A DNA stretch of 63,973 bases, counting the filler, from Asterionella formosa (Eukaryota): assembly GCA_002256025.1 (NCBI GenBank). It is 22 parts of 22 records of this genome, joined end to end, with 100 filler letters (N's around TTAATTAATTAA, not from the genome) between each part and the next. Parts side by side here need not be neighbours in the genome. Positions count along the whole stretch, not along the records: positions 49,612 to 52,421 come from NKIB01014794.1; positions 52,522 to 55,329 come from NKIB01014795.1; positions 55,430 to 58,236 come from NKIB01014796.1; positions 58,337 to 61,143 come from NKIB01014797.1; positions 61,244 to 63,973 come from NKIB01014864.1; 17 more parts are not named here. The stretch is one strand, 5' to 3'. Below the pieces are notes generated by a model. That model was not told the origin of the DNA and searched no databases. It worked only from the letters and a program-made list of their open reading frames with translations. The translations under genes were made by a program, and so were the position numbers. This document shows positions 49,612 through 62,307 of the stretch, one piece after another (the stretch's first letter is position 1; each line of letters starts with the position of its first letter).

Positions 49612-52421
49612 TGCCTGCGCGAGTCATGAAGGGCTTTCCGTATCGCAATTTAAGCATATACATTACACCAAGCCTCTCAATATATGGGTGCCGATGAGCT
49701 TCATGAAGCAATAGGTCCTTGCGAAATGTGAGAGAGTATGTATCCAAGTGCACGCGACCAAAAGATGCGACTCCTTTGGCTAGAAAGTCGGTGTCCATGC
49801 GGCCAATATACAGTATGCCAAGACCCAAAATTTGTCCTGTACGACCTAGAATAAATCCAGGACTCAATCCCAAATTCCAACACTCCAAAAGGACACCCAT
49901 GATGTTTGATGCAGCAGGTTTAACGCGATAAAATGCATGGAAGAATGAACTGCGAAGACACAGGAGAATGAGAATTTTTACTGTATATGTCACAGTGATA
50001 CCAATCACTTGTGCAAGAATAGCAAGCGCTGCGTTTCGAGTTTGCTACGGATTTGAGAGCGTGTTGTGTTAATGATGAAATGGATAGTTTTCATTAGAAG
50101 GAAAAGATTCACATGCTTACCTCCCAGAAAAAGAAAAAGAATATACCTCCAACTACAGCCGAAGTGATAACGCCAGTAAAGAGTGCACTACACGGTGAAA
50201 AAAGAATTAACAAGATACAAAAGAAAGTGGATAAACACACATTAGACACGATTGACAGGCAGGTACATGTATTCGCAAGGGACCGACAAGCAGCAAGCCC
50301 TTTTGTGTATCTTACCCCCACAATGCACACCCGAACAAGACTGTAGTATTGTCCTCGGCATATCGGTGCCGCAAAAATTCTTTGTCTTTAAGACTTGGCC
50401 TTGCTCCAGTTCGAAAGGACATCACCGTTGAGATAAAAGATGGAATGTAAACAAGTGTTACCCAAACAGCAGCTGGAAAGCCTGCGGCTAAACCGATTGC
50501 AATGGCTGTCGTATATTGCCAAGGATGTATTGTTTGATAATCGGGATTTTGCAGTATTTTCTCTACCAGCAATTGCCCAACAGTATGAATTGCGAATGCA
50601 CCACCAAAGAGGATACCAAAACAAATGAACCATTGAGCGACATTTGACGCTACCAATCTTGAATGAATCCAGACACCATCTTCATACAGAATTGCACGAG
50701 ACCTGTATCGCTTCCAGGCCCACCAAAGACCTCCCGCTGGCGCAGTCAAACCTTCATTTCGAACAAAGTTTAACATGGCATGTCCAAACACCCCAGTTCT
50801 ATGCTTCGAGACAGTGGACCTTCCAGGATCAGGAGACCTTTCTCGATTCTCCGCTTGATGCATGGCGAGTGCATTCTCAATAATTCTGTTGGTTTTGACG
50901 ACAGCCGCCTGCTTGATAAAAACTTCTGCCTTGGTCATACTGGGTGTCAAGATACTGTCGATCCACTTAAGGTTGGGATCAGGATAAAGCAAGCGAAGCA
51001 AACGGATAAACTGAAAGCCGTTTAAGGCAATTCCCATGAACAAAGACACAAAATAAAAATACTTGAAATTTTGCTTCTTTGTCGTATTTATAATGTAGGC
51101 GTCAAAACTGCTGATGAAAGTGACTCCTGTAAAGATGAAAATGACAATCATACCACAAAGTGTGTAACCAACGATGTGACAGCGATTGCTGGTATAACTC
51201 TCGTTCCCCATTGATGCGAAGAAAATGAAGGTTGTGCCAACAAAGGACAACTGAATAAAAATCATCAGCCACCTACCGATGCCATTGGCAATAAGGCATG
51301 GAAAGGTAGTGTCTCCGTTAGCGAGTTTGTTCTTGCAGAATTTGCCGACACCCTTGTCAATTTGCCAGAGGTATGACAGGTAGAAGACACAAAACGTCAC
51401 CCAGAGGAGGATTACGAACGCCATTGAACGGTCTGAGGGAAAGGTTAGTCAACCTAGTATAATTCCATGTCAGCAAGGGAAAATACAATGTCGCTGTAAT
51501 GTTACGTACATGTATCAGCAACTTGATCAATTGAGGGAGCAGTGAAGATGCGGTCTGGCAAGGTCATTGGAATTGACGATTCAGGATCCTCGTCTTCGTT
51601 TTCATCTGATGAAGTTCCTCGCGTTGACTTACGGAGAGAGAAGGATACGTTTTGAAAAGTTTTGACAGTCCCATTTTTTAAATTCTCCATAAGAAGCTTG
51701 CTTTCCAAAAACACAACACTTGATGGAATTAATCCCTCCTCTTCCTGTTTTTCCTCAAGCAGTTGATGCCCGGGAAGCGACAGCCTGACATCATCATAGT
51801 GAGTCGAAGTTTTGTCCTTCCATTTGACTGAATAAAAGGGCTCAACATCATCAACCAAGGCTCTCTTAAAGGCATCCACGGAAAAGATAGCTTCGTTCGA
51901 GGACGAACCCAAGCATTGCATCATCTCGTCGATGATTTGGTCGCTGATATCCAATTCACCGTAGAGTTCCATAATCTCGCGGAGAGCCTCCTTCGTTATT
52001 CTTGGTTGCGAATCATTATCGCGGTTTGCGTCGTTCATGATTACTTCATGGACTATGCGGAACAAATTGGTCTCCGTAATGTCATCGTTAACATGCTCCA
52101 ACAAGTGAGGCACCAGCAACATAACGAGCACCTGGACTAAATCAAGTTGTTTTGCCCCATCAAGCACTCGTTTCTCAATATACTCAGGTTCGAGCTTAAT
52201 TCCATGCCGAGAAAGGAGAAAGAGAGAAATATCTTGGGCTGCAGTGAAGCAATGGAGGGAAGAATTAGGGCCCCGACAGGTCGTCAAACAAACCGTTCGT
52301 TCTTCTCTACTTACCGTCAATTGATCCATCGGCTCGAAGATAATCCGCCTGAGTCTGGTGCAAAGCCGAAATGTATTCTAGCTCCTTGACGTCGGCATGT
52401 GCGCCAATGGGTTGCAAAAAA
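49612..52421 (-). CDS. Hypothetical multi-pass membrane protein, both ends truncated; introns 52239-52314, 51433-51509, 50188-50315, 50045-50120
   Basis: Four GT-AG introns join the ORF fragments in frame (ELEYISALHQT...GSID/AQDISLFL...ADT/YRSMAF...LWG/ALFTG...WE/QTRNAAL); many hydrophobic helices. Confidence 0.8.
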
Positions 52422-52521
52422 NNNNNNNNNNNNNNNNNNNNNNNNNNNNNNNNNNNNNNNNNNNNTTAATTAATTAANNNNNNNNNNNNNNNNNNNNNNN
52501 NNNNNNNNNNNNNNNNNNNNN

Positions 52522-55329
52522 TCGCAGACAGAATCAAAATTATACCTCCTTCTTCAGCAATGGTCACCCTGTTCTTGTCATTATTAACAGCCAAGTTGCT
52601 AAGTGCACCACAACCATACTCTTGCACATCATCATTGGGGGAATGAGTTTTCATTGCAAACAGAATCGTAGTGATACCTTTTGCTTCAGCAATTGCCACC
52701 CTGTTCTTTTCATTCAAAGCCAAGTTCTGAAGTGCTGCACATCCATAGTGTTGGATATTGATATTAAATGGATGACTTTCCATCCGAGACACAATCATAG
52801 CAGTACCTCCTTCATCATTAATCATGACCTGGTTGTTGTCATTCTCAGCCAATTTCCAAAGTGCTGCACAACCATACTCTTGCACATCCGCCCTGGAGGA
52901 ATGAGTTATCATAGCTTCAAGAATTGTAGTGCCATTTTGTTGCACATCGGCAATACTCAGATGAGTCTTCACAGCAGAAAGAATCATTGCGATACCTCCT
53001 GCATCAGCAATTGCCACGCCAACGTCCTGAAGTTTACTAATGATATCCGCCCAACAACGATGGCGCTCTTCTGGATTTCTCTTCAGCAATCTTATAAGCA
53101 GAGGTTTCATGGGATTCCAGTCATTGTTGTCGCGCACATAGGTATCGACCTTTTTAACACAATCTCTGTCACTCCAATTTACTATTTTGCTTAGCTCATC
53201 CAGCTCCACTTCTTCACGAACATCCATAACAAAAAGTTGTTTACCAGTGCAGAGATAATAAAGAAGGACTCCAAAGCACCACATGTCATATTGAGTACTG
53301 GCTGTAACTTTTGGAGGACCCTTACCATGTTTCTTGTATAGCTTATGGTACTCAACAGCAGCCTGTTCAGGAGGCAAGTATCCAGAGCTTGTTCGCTTCT
53401 GACCAGCCTCTTCCAAGCCAATTAATGCCGCATTGTCAAGATCGATTGCAGCATATCCAACACCCTCACCACGAGACACGAAATTTCGAGCCTTTACATC
53501 TCCGTGCATAACATTACACTCTTCATTTAGAAACTGCAGGCACTTGGCAATTTGGATTGCTATGGAACGCACCATTAGTGCATCCTTGCCTGCAAGGTTT
53601 TCATGCGATATAACATCACTGAGGTCATTCTTATTCCCACAATCCATGACTAGGAGATGATTGAATTCAATGTCTTCTTCAATGTCCCGTTCGATTTTCT
53701 GGTCTCCTTTTTCCCTTTTCCATTCAATTGTCTGGTTACACTCAAAATGCGGATAAGCAGATGCATCCAGCCCTTTCTTCCTGTCTGAATATGCAGCTCT
53801 CACATTAATTACAAATTGGTTTGCAGGATCGGTGGCAGTAACTTTGCTCCTGATCAAGTCTTGCATTTCCAATTCACGCAGGAAGGCAGAACTGTCTTTG
53901 AAGAACTTGAGAGCTACATTGGTTTCTTTCGTGTTTTCAGATTTATCATTTAATTCTGTTCCAAAATAAACGACACAGGTATCTGACAAATGCTTCTCCT
54001 CCTGTATTAGATATTTTCCAAGAAACCTTCCGTATTTATTACCCCACTCTTTGAGCTTGGGAAGCGTGGACAACTTTGCCCTATTGGCAACCTTTTGCCA
54101 TGTCTCTTTTTTAACTTGAGCAATGGACAGAAATGATGCTACTTCCGTTGCGCTATGATTATAGATGGAGATTTCCAGCTGATCCTGTTCTTCAGACCCT
54201 CTCAGCTGTTCCTCTATCTGGAAGAATATATTGGCCGCATCTTTTGTTCCAAGATCCACCAAGATTTCCAAAACGGTCCAATACGGTATTGGTTCTTGAT
54301 TCAAATCGAGGAGTGGGAGAGTCTTGCTTCGATCAAAATCATTGGTGGCGAGCACCCAAAAGAAAAAGCCCAGCCGCTCTGGAACCAAGAAGAAAAGGCT
54401 CAGCCAATCTGAAACTTTCTCAGCTTGTGGTGTGTCTAGCATGCACAATTGCTTGATGTCTCCAACGTCATTGAGGGATGCACACAAAAGCCGCAAAACC
54501 TTATACCAAATTTCAATATGACTTGACAGTTTCATTTGTAACTCGTACTGTCCGAAAGACAGATTGCCACCTCCAACATCAAGGGTTGCATATTTCTTTA
54601 TCGATTGAAGGAGCCTGGAAACACAATATTCAAATGGATTATAGCTCGTTTCATTATCAAGAGTGTTAGTCGCATCTTGGTGTTTCTCAATCACAATACG
54701 GACGACCTCAAAATCAGGATAATCTCCTTGTTGCAAAGCGAGGAGAAGAGGAGACTGCAGGTTTGGAGTGCCATAGTTTGCAACTGAATCTGGGTATTTC
54801 ATTATGATCTGCTCGATCTCTGGAGCTTTTTCATGTCGAAAAATTGCCAAATGAAGTGGAATAAAGGGCATTTTCATAGAGTTAATGGCCTCGGGATATT
54901 TGTCCACAATAGCTTGGATGGATTCTAGTGACACTCGCTTTTCCCCTCCTAGACCACAGTCAAGAGGAGTCTCATCATTGTTGGCTTTTCTTGTCACCGC
55001 TTCAGGGCAAGCTTTTAAAAGGGCATTTATAATTTCCACTGGTGCCCGGACTTTCATGCCATGGTGCAACAGAGTGTTTCCATGGCGATCTTGCGCCTTT
55101 GCAGCTTCAGGACAATCTTTCAACCGGGCTTTAATATCATCCACCCCGATATGGGCTGTTTCCCCCCAGATCAGGGCTGCTGCTAGATCCCTGAAACATT
55201 TAAAAACATTATCATCAATGTTATCCGGTTTGGGAACGTGCTTGCTTATCTCAACTGTTCTTTGAATTTTATTAAGTAAGCTATAATCAATTGAATTATC
55301 AGAGAGACCAAGTTCAGTCAAGACAGTAT
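52522..55329 (-). CDS. LRR(end)-ankyrin-protein kinase-armadillo repeat protein, both ends truncated
   Basis: N-terminal TVLTELGLSDNSI LRR; ANK-like GNTLLHHG, ETPLDCG, PLHLAI; kinase VALK, RELE, HGDVKARN, DLD, GYLPPE, DMWCFG; ARM repeats VQEYGCAALWKLA / GGxxxILSAM. Confidence 0.9.
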
Positions 55330-57452
55330 NNNNNNNNNNNNNNNNNNNNNNNNNNNNNNNNNNNNNNNNNNNNTTAATTAATTAANNNNNNNNNNNNNNN
55401 NNNNNNNNNNNNNNNNNNNNNNNNNNNNNACGTCGACGTGGATGTAGAGGATGACAAGGACGATGACAGGGAGGAATTATTCATCTGAAACTGTTCGAGG
55501 TCTGCCAAAATCAAGTCCAGCCGAACGCTGCAATTGCTGTTGTTGCTGTTGCTGCTGTTGCTGCTATGCATAGCACAGGACGTTCTGTTGATGTTAGCCA
55601 TGGGATTGGACGATTGCATCATGGGGAAGAAGGCAACCAAGCGCTTTGACAGTCGTAACAGATTCAACGCGGAGATAGGAAATGGAAGATCCCTTTTTGT
55701 ACTAGTCAAATTTTTGTGTTCACAGGCTGCAACGATCTGTCGATCGACTGTCACAATATATGCCAAGCAACCGTCCGATCGGAGAGTACCAGGTACCAGG
55801 TACTTGATAAATAAAAATTAAGTATTTTTGTGTGTAGGCACTGTATAGACCATCAGTAGTTGAACACGTCATTTCATTGAACATATCATATAAATAATTT
55901 GTTGGTCGGTCACAAAAATTGTCAGGTAACATTTCTAATTATCAACTTGCCCTAGAAAGGCAACGACGAATGAAAATCGGATGGCTCGTACGTCAGATTT
56001 AACTTCCGTTTTTACATGTATTGTACATTAAACTAAAAAATCCACCGGTAGATCGTCATCACCTAAATAACTATTTAGTACGACGGCTGTTCAATTAACG
56101 CTGCGCATTGTTAGGCAACATGCAGTTTAGAATTGCAATGAGAATACCGCTAAATGAAAAAGTTGCCTCCGTTAGGTGGGGCATCAAGCAGTACCGTACT
56201 CAGTACGACACTCCCGGAATCCAATCATCAGGGAAGTACGTACATCCGTATACCGTCGTTGTACAAGATATATACATATTGACACTTTGCCAACTCCTTT
56301 TCCTTTATTGCTCCACAGTTGATTTTTGGACAAATTATTAAAATGGTTATTTAAATACCAATGTTGTTTGCATGACCAAACTGCGAAACAAGCAACAATT
56401 CAAGGAGTCTACTGGTACTCCATTTAGGTAGATTAACCGTTATGTAGGACATGGGAGACATTTATAGTATACCAAACCGATCCGACTTTTGACTACGACT
56501 TTCCTGTGGCCTGAAGGTTGAAGATCTGATCGTTGTGTTGGTATCATCTCTACAGTCTGTGGAAGGAAGAAAACGCAGTTGAACCCTTGTTAACAATACA
56601 TAAAGAATGTTTAATAATACATTGGCAGGAGGCAAATTCCGGAACCATGGGTAGCCTTCTGTAGGCCTGGTACATCAATTAACCATAACCCTAAATATTG
56701 CATATTTTGCACCTTATCTTGCCAAGTAAAATGCCAGCACCATGGCACTCACATGTCGTTGCTTTTCTTTCGCTGTAATTGCACTCAGCCCCTCCAAACC
56801 CCATTATAGTATTGCATTCATTTGTCCTGATGAGTAGAAACTGCCACCCTACTACTATCATAGCAGTAAAATAATCGAGTTGTCAAGAATCAATTGCACA
56901 GTTAAACAACTAAGAGCTCCAAATCTTGCCTGAAGTACTCTTAAGTTCATCACATCTTCATTCAATAGTGCTTGTTTCCAAATTCTATAGATATAATCTC
57001 AAAGGATCATACACCAAACATGACATAATGTTTGTTGTGAATTAATCTGTAGCACCGATGTTTTTTCTCGTAGGCACTGGTATATAATTATTTAGCTAAG
57101 ATTTTGCCATTACTTTGTACATATAAAACACTAGAGTGCGAAGGTAGTGGTTGTGAGCAGCTGGAGAATGTTGCAAACCTTAACCATGACGAAAATACTA
57201 ATTATCTCCACGAAAATTGAGAACATCGCTTTGCTTGCTACATACATTAAGAATGACAAAGAAAATGCAATGGTAAAAGGATTAAACTAATAACACTAAT
57301 AATGACAAAGAAAATTAAGATTGCTGAAGGCAACATGCATAAAGTCGTGTTTTTCTTGCGAGGTGAAAGAACTCTCTCATTTTTCACCAGACGGAAATAG
57401 TTGTCGCATTCTTACATAATAGAAAAATGCGCTCCATCCTGTAGAACTGATA

Positions 57453-57565
57453 AAATTTAGGTAGGTCCATTATAAGGGAAATCTCTTCATTTTCCTAGTA
57501 AAATCAGTCAAATTCAGTCACGGCATTGTACATTTGAGGGGGCTAGGATACTGAATTATTCCGTA
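57453..57565 (+). repeat. Transposon-end-like repeat, degenerate copy of 58340-58463
   Basis: TAGGTCCATTATAAGGGAAATCTCTTCATT and AGTAAAATCAGTCAAATTCAGTCACGGCA shared. Confidence 0.85.
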
Positions 57566-57677
57566 CACTTCAAGGAAAATCAGTCATTGCAACCAAGTAC
57601 GTTTTTAAGGGAGAACACACACTAGGGCTACCGCCAGTATTATATCTAGAGAGACAACTGGTTTTACCCTGTACCGG

Positions 57678-57821
57678 TGTCAGAGTGTCTAAACGGAAAT
57701 AGACAGGATTTATATAGCATAAGAATCTGCAGACGAGCGGCGTGAGAAAGATCTTGACCGGTCATTCCAGGGCAGTACTGGAAGCGCGCTTGAGTACCGG
57801 TAGGCGCCATATATTTCAACA
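57678..57821 (+). mobile_element. Solo LTR (TG...CA), shorter variant
   Basis: TGTCAGA...TTTCAACA, reverse-complement match to 60831-61023; flanked on both sides by TACCGG. Confidence 0.8.
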
Positions 57822-58339
57822 TACCGGTACCGGTAAAGCATAAAAAAGTATTTCGGTGGTATCGTTCGTCACAACATGCACATAAATACATCTCCTTTGT
57901 GAATAATGCACAAGTAATTGTTCTCCTCGATCTTCACTTCCACCAATGTATTGTTCAAGGTACCACCAAATCATGTTGACAAGAAGACACATAGCCTCCT
58001 CATCATCTGTGCTAGAGGAGAAGCTCAATGAGTATTTCGATCGCTTAGAGGAGGAAGAGAAGGAGCGGAGCGTTCAACAGGGAATGCATGTTTACAAGGT
58101 TTTCCCGGGCAATCGAACTTCTGATTCTACTTTATTGGCTTTTTCCCCCGAAGATAGTTACTAGATGGACAAGGTCCAACTTGCGCCGTACAGGTATTGC
58201 CGTAGTAGGGGAATCTTATATCGCCCTAAAATTGTGNNNNNNNNNNNNNNNNNNNNNNNNNNNNNNNNNNNNNNNNNNNNTTAATTAATTAANNNNNNNN
58301 NNNNNNNNNNNNNNNNNNNNNNNNNNNNNNNNNNNNAAG

Positions 58340-58463
58340 AAATTTACTTAGGTCCATTATAAGGGAAATCTCTTCATTGTCCTGGGCCCCCCTTAAGTAA
58401 AATCAGTCAAATTCAGTCACGGCAGTGTACATTGGGGGGTCCAGGACAATGAAGTATACGGTA
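58340..58463 (+). mobile_element. Putative right end of a TA-targeting DNA transposon with an internal inverted repeat
   Basis: Arms 58372-58392 and 58434-58454 match 20/21; ends GAAGTATACGG-TA; second copy in contig 20. Confidence 0.55.
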
Positions 58464-59503
58464 TTGATCCGTGATGGGGCTTCTTAAATGCTATGATATT
58501 TGGCAGGCACGCATCCGATCTCATCAATGATGCCACCACACAGCTTTTATACGTAGTTCAGAGTGAACTAAATTTTTGCTTGGGAGTTGACATCGCTTGT
58601 GGGTATTATAATTCTCATCATCTGACTGACTACGGTACATATACTTGTAAATGATAAAATCAAAAACCACCAGCTATCGCTATTGCACGCCCCTGATACT
58701 ACTGGTCGTATGCACTGGGAGTCAAGAATTTTTTTGGTTCTACAAATGTACACACCGGTGGTACACTATTTTTACTCCTCAGCATGATGATTTCATAAGC
58801 CAGGTACAAGCATAAGATTTGGTGGCGGCGAACAAATCGAGATTGTATGGTTATGAGCTGTGGGCATTGAACATGATCGCACTACCGGTAGAAGGAGGAT
58901 GGCTGATGGCTGATGGCTGATGGTAATGGCATCATCAGGCGTTACGGAGTGCTAATCTGGTATTCCACCCATAGCAAAATGCAGACCCCAAATTGTGTAA
59001 AGTGTGGAGCGCAACCTTAACCACCAGTATAAACATATGGGTAGACTAGATGAATGTAAATAGTGTATCAACGCTTACCAGAATGCATAGTGATATACAT
59101 GTATGAAATATATAGTAGAGTTCACTTTATGCATTCATCATCCACACACAGTAAACCCTTCCGGGAACTGATACTCCTAGCTCCTGGCTAGGAGTTCTCT
59201 GGTATGTAGATAGGACTAGTGTTTTGCCTATACATTTGGCTCCAAAATCGAATGGAAGATTTCCCTGCAACAGCAGCAATAGTAATTTGGCATAGCAATC
59301 CCGGCATATAGGTAAGACCGATAGTCTAGTTTTCTCCTGCGATTCCCATTGACCTTACACTTGTCTAGAGATCCAGTGGTGAAGGAGTGCATTGGATCAA
59401 ATACTGCCCTCCTTTGTTGATAATTATTTCGAGAAATGAATGTGTCTCGCGTTAAAATTGCTATCGGTACTCCCTGTCCCTCTCTGAATCTCCATACTCC
59501 ACA

Positions 59504-60058
59504 TTACTCAGACTCTGAACCTTTGGTTGTGAAGAAATTACTTAGGCGGTATCGATTGTCCTCTTTCTCGTCCTGCTTTTGTTTGCTAGATTTCTTTGAT
59601 TTCTTGCTCTTTTTCTTCTCTCGCCTTGATTCCTCTTCGGCACTATCACTGTCACTGTCTGACGAATCATACTTCTTGGACCGCTTCTTCTTACTTTTTT
59701 TGTGCTTTTTCATCGCCTTACGCCTTTTTCTTCTTTCCTCCGAGCTGTCATCATCATCATCATTGTCATGACTGCCATCACTGGTATAATGTTTCCGCTT
59801 ACTCTTTCGTTTCATCATACCTTGATGATTACTCCCACGTGCCAATCGACGATCACGTTCTTCATCCAATTCTTTTCTATACTCTTCCATCTTCTTTTGA
59901 TCCATCCCACTTAAATTAAGTTTATCTTCATTGTCTTTCTTATATTGCTCCCATGTGGGTCGGTTGGGATCGGCAAGCTTTTCGGCAATCGTTCGCTCTT
60001 CCATACCCGCCATGACTCGCATGACGGCTTCCATTTGAGAGGAACGTGGGGCTGTCAT
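59504..60058 (-). CDS. FAM133-like protein
   Basis: DPNRPTWEQYK...KKMEEYRKELDEER followed by a K/S/D-rich low-complexity tail, as in FAM133. Confidence 0.75.
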   Translation of the reverse strand: MTAPRSSQMEAVMRVMAGMEERTIAEKLADPNRPTWEQYKKDNEDKLNLSGMDQKKMEEYRKELDEERDRRLARGSNHQGMMKRKSKRKHYTSDGSHDNDDDDDSSEERRKRRKAMKKHKKSKKKRSKKYDSSDSDSDSAEEESRREKKKSKKSKKSSKQKQDEKEDNRYRLSNFFTTKGSESE

Positions 60059-60501
60059 GGTATATTTGTATACGATGTTTCGTGTTATCCTTTTGCGGTA
60101 TCAGTATAATACGATGGTCAAATATTTGAAGTGTAGCGACGGAAGTGTGTTGACTATTAACGTTTCGATTCGTTTCGTTTCGTTTTGCTTTATGTACGAT
60201 GATGGAAATGGACTTATCAAATATAAGAGTTTTTCTTGGGAAACAAAGGTATTTGATGTTTGTATCGTGTGAAACACTTGGACAGCAATGGAGAAAAGTG
60301 GAGATTTGGAACGGAGCGGAAGATGCATGATGGCGAGGGAATCATGCTTTTATATTATTATTGGTCGTTGACATGCATCATGCATGACCGATAGAACCTG
60401 GTACCAGTACCGGTAGTACCGGCAGTACCGGCTGTATGATAGTCATGCCTATGCCTAGCGATTTTTTCAAGTGGGTTTTTTACAAAACGGTCCTCCTCCT
60501 A

Positions 60502-60600
60502 CCTGCAAGCAAGTTGCGGCCATTTTGCTGAAATCAATAATTTAATCTGGGATAAAGATCGCTAAATATTTAGTTGAGCAAAATTACCGCAACTTGCTGG
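60502..60600. mobile_element. ~100-bp MITE-like element, copy 2
   Basis: GCAAGTTGCGGCCATTTTGCT / AGCAAAATTACCGCAACTTGC inverted arms, TA flanks, internal similarity to 90-194. Confidence 0.72.
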
Positions 60601-60830
60601 TATGGTGCCGTACCCTTACAAGTAGCAAGAACACTCAATCATACAGTAGGCATTATCATCACTCCTTACCTGCAATTTCATTTCTCAGCTGATCTGAAAC
60701 ATCATATCTGATGAAATCCAAATCATCTGATTTCATTTCCACAAAGTAATTTCCTTGCTCCCATTTCATTGACCATGAATTCATCAGCATCATCCACTTC
60801 TTCTTTTGAATCTGAATCATGCTATACTGG

Positions 60831-61143
60831 TGTTGAAATATATGGCGCTACTCTAGCGCGCTCCAGTACTGCCCTGGAATGACCGGTCAAGATCTTTCTC
60901 ACGCCGCTCGTCTGCAGATTCTTCTGCTATATAAATCCTGTCTATTTCCGTTTAGACATTCCTCAGACTACCTAGTCTTCGGACACCTGTCGACATCAAC
61001 AGCCTAACAGACACATTCTGACACCCTCCCCTGTTGATGCTCGACATACCACATCATCATGATGTGTATGCTCGACACATCCTTTCCTACAGGAATTCTC
61101 ATAGTGCCTTCTCGTTTTCTACGTCTCTGTTTTTCTTTTTCTC
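60831..61143 (-). mobile_element. 3' end of an LTR retrotransposon: polypurine tract + 193-bp 3' LTR (60831-61023)
   Basis: Minus strand reads GGGGAGGG-TGTCAGA...TATATA...TTTCAACA; matches the solo LTR at 57678-57821. Confidence 0.82.
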
Positions 61144-61705
61144 NNNNNNNNNNNNNNNNNNNNNNNNNNNNNNNNNNNNNNNNNNNNTTAATTAATTAAN
61201 NNNNNNNNNNNNNNNNNNNNNNNNNNNNNNNNNNNNNNNNNNNATTTCTTTGGACCAATGATGATATTGGTCTATCTGATGTTGGCGGCAAGAATTTGCT
61301 CCGATTGTTTATGTGCTTAATGAATATTCTAGTCATTTACCCTACATATGTACGTAGTACTCAAAACAGCTATGCATAGTAGTTTAAGCTAAACTTTAAC
61401 GCTTACTTTGAACACATTGTTATTATATACACGCTGCAGACTTGGTATTATCCTTATGAGACTAGCATACTAAATTATTTGCTTCACATATTTATTGATT
61501 TTACGTATGCCATAAATTCGTCTTCACAATTATACTTCTCACCCTATCCTGCCTGCCATTACTCAATTCGGGCTTGAAACAGGGATCTTTCGACTTGAGA
61601 TAGATCCAATTGCCTTCTGCTTGTTATGTGAGCTAGAACAGTGAAACACTGAATGTGGAATTTAGAAAGTATTTGTCGAATTCCAATTTGGTTGCTGCTT
61701 TCATG

Positions 61706-61941
61706 CGTCTGCAAATAGAAACCATCATATTCCTATGATGCATCATAGGATTATGATCATCTGATCATAATTTTTCGTTATAATATCTAATAAATTTGAT
61801 AAAGGCCCTCGTAATTTAAATAGTAACCTTTTAAGTATGGAATTTTAATAATTATATGTATTGTTTCTTTTAGGTTCCTTTATTAAAATTTCTTGGTAGG
61901 ATAATGTACCAGTTAAAGTTATGTGGTTTGGCTCATCATCC
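61706..61941 (-). repeat. AT-rich putative transposon end (CGTCTGCAAA terminus)
   Basis: Reverse complement of 23958-24193. Confidence 0.85.
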
Positions 61942-62307
61942 TCTCCAGTTCTCACTCTGATTCTTGCAACAACAACAAAGCAGCCGTGTCGAGAGGAACG
62001 AGTGTTTTGTGATAAAATCTTCATTTGTAATTCAAGTCACCATATGTCTTAGATGAATTATCATCTACAGTGCACAGTATGTTCGTATCATGCAATCCAT
62101 AAAGAGCTTGAAAATAAATCCAATGAAAACGAAATGGCTCATCACACAAGACGAATAAATCCGGCCAGTCTGTCATCTGCAGAGCATCGATCAGTGTTAC
62201 AACCTCAATCATAGCTAAACAACATCCATTATGGAACTGCACAATCTACATCTCCGTAACATCGTCTCTCTAACAAGAATGTAAAACATTCAGAATTGAA
62301 ACGCAGC

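Noticed and set aside
55430..55625. Minus-strand Ser/Asn-rich ORF running into the contig end
   Set aside because: Could be a gene 5' end but is short and low-complexity; not supportable.
58898..58924. (GATGGCT)n heptamer repeat, and the (CA)n tract near 40340
   Set aside because: Ordinary microsatellites.
2828..61243. Regularly spaced TTAATTAATTAA motif as a biological repeat or array
   Set aside because: Always embedded in 44+44 Ns; it is an artificial six-frame-stop linker. ORF tails ending X..LIN are artefacts.
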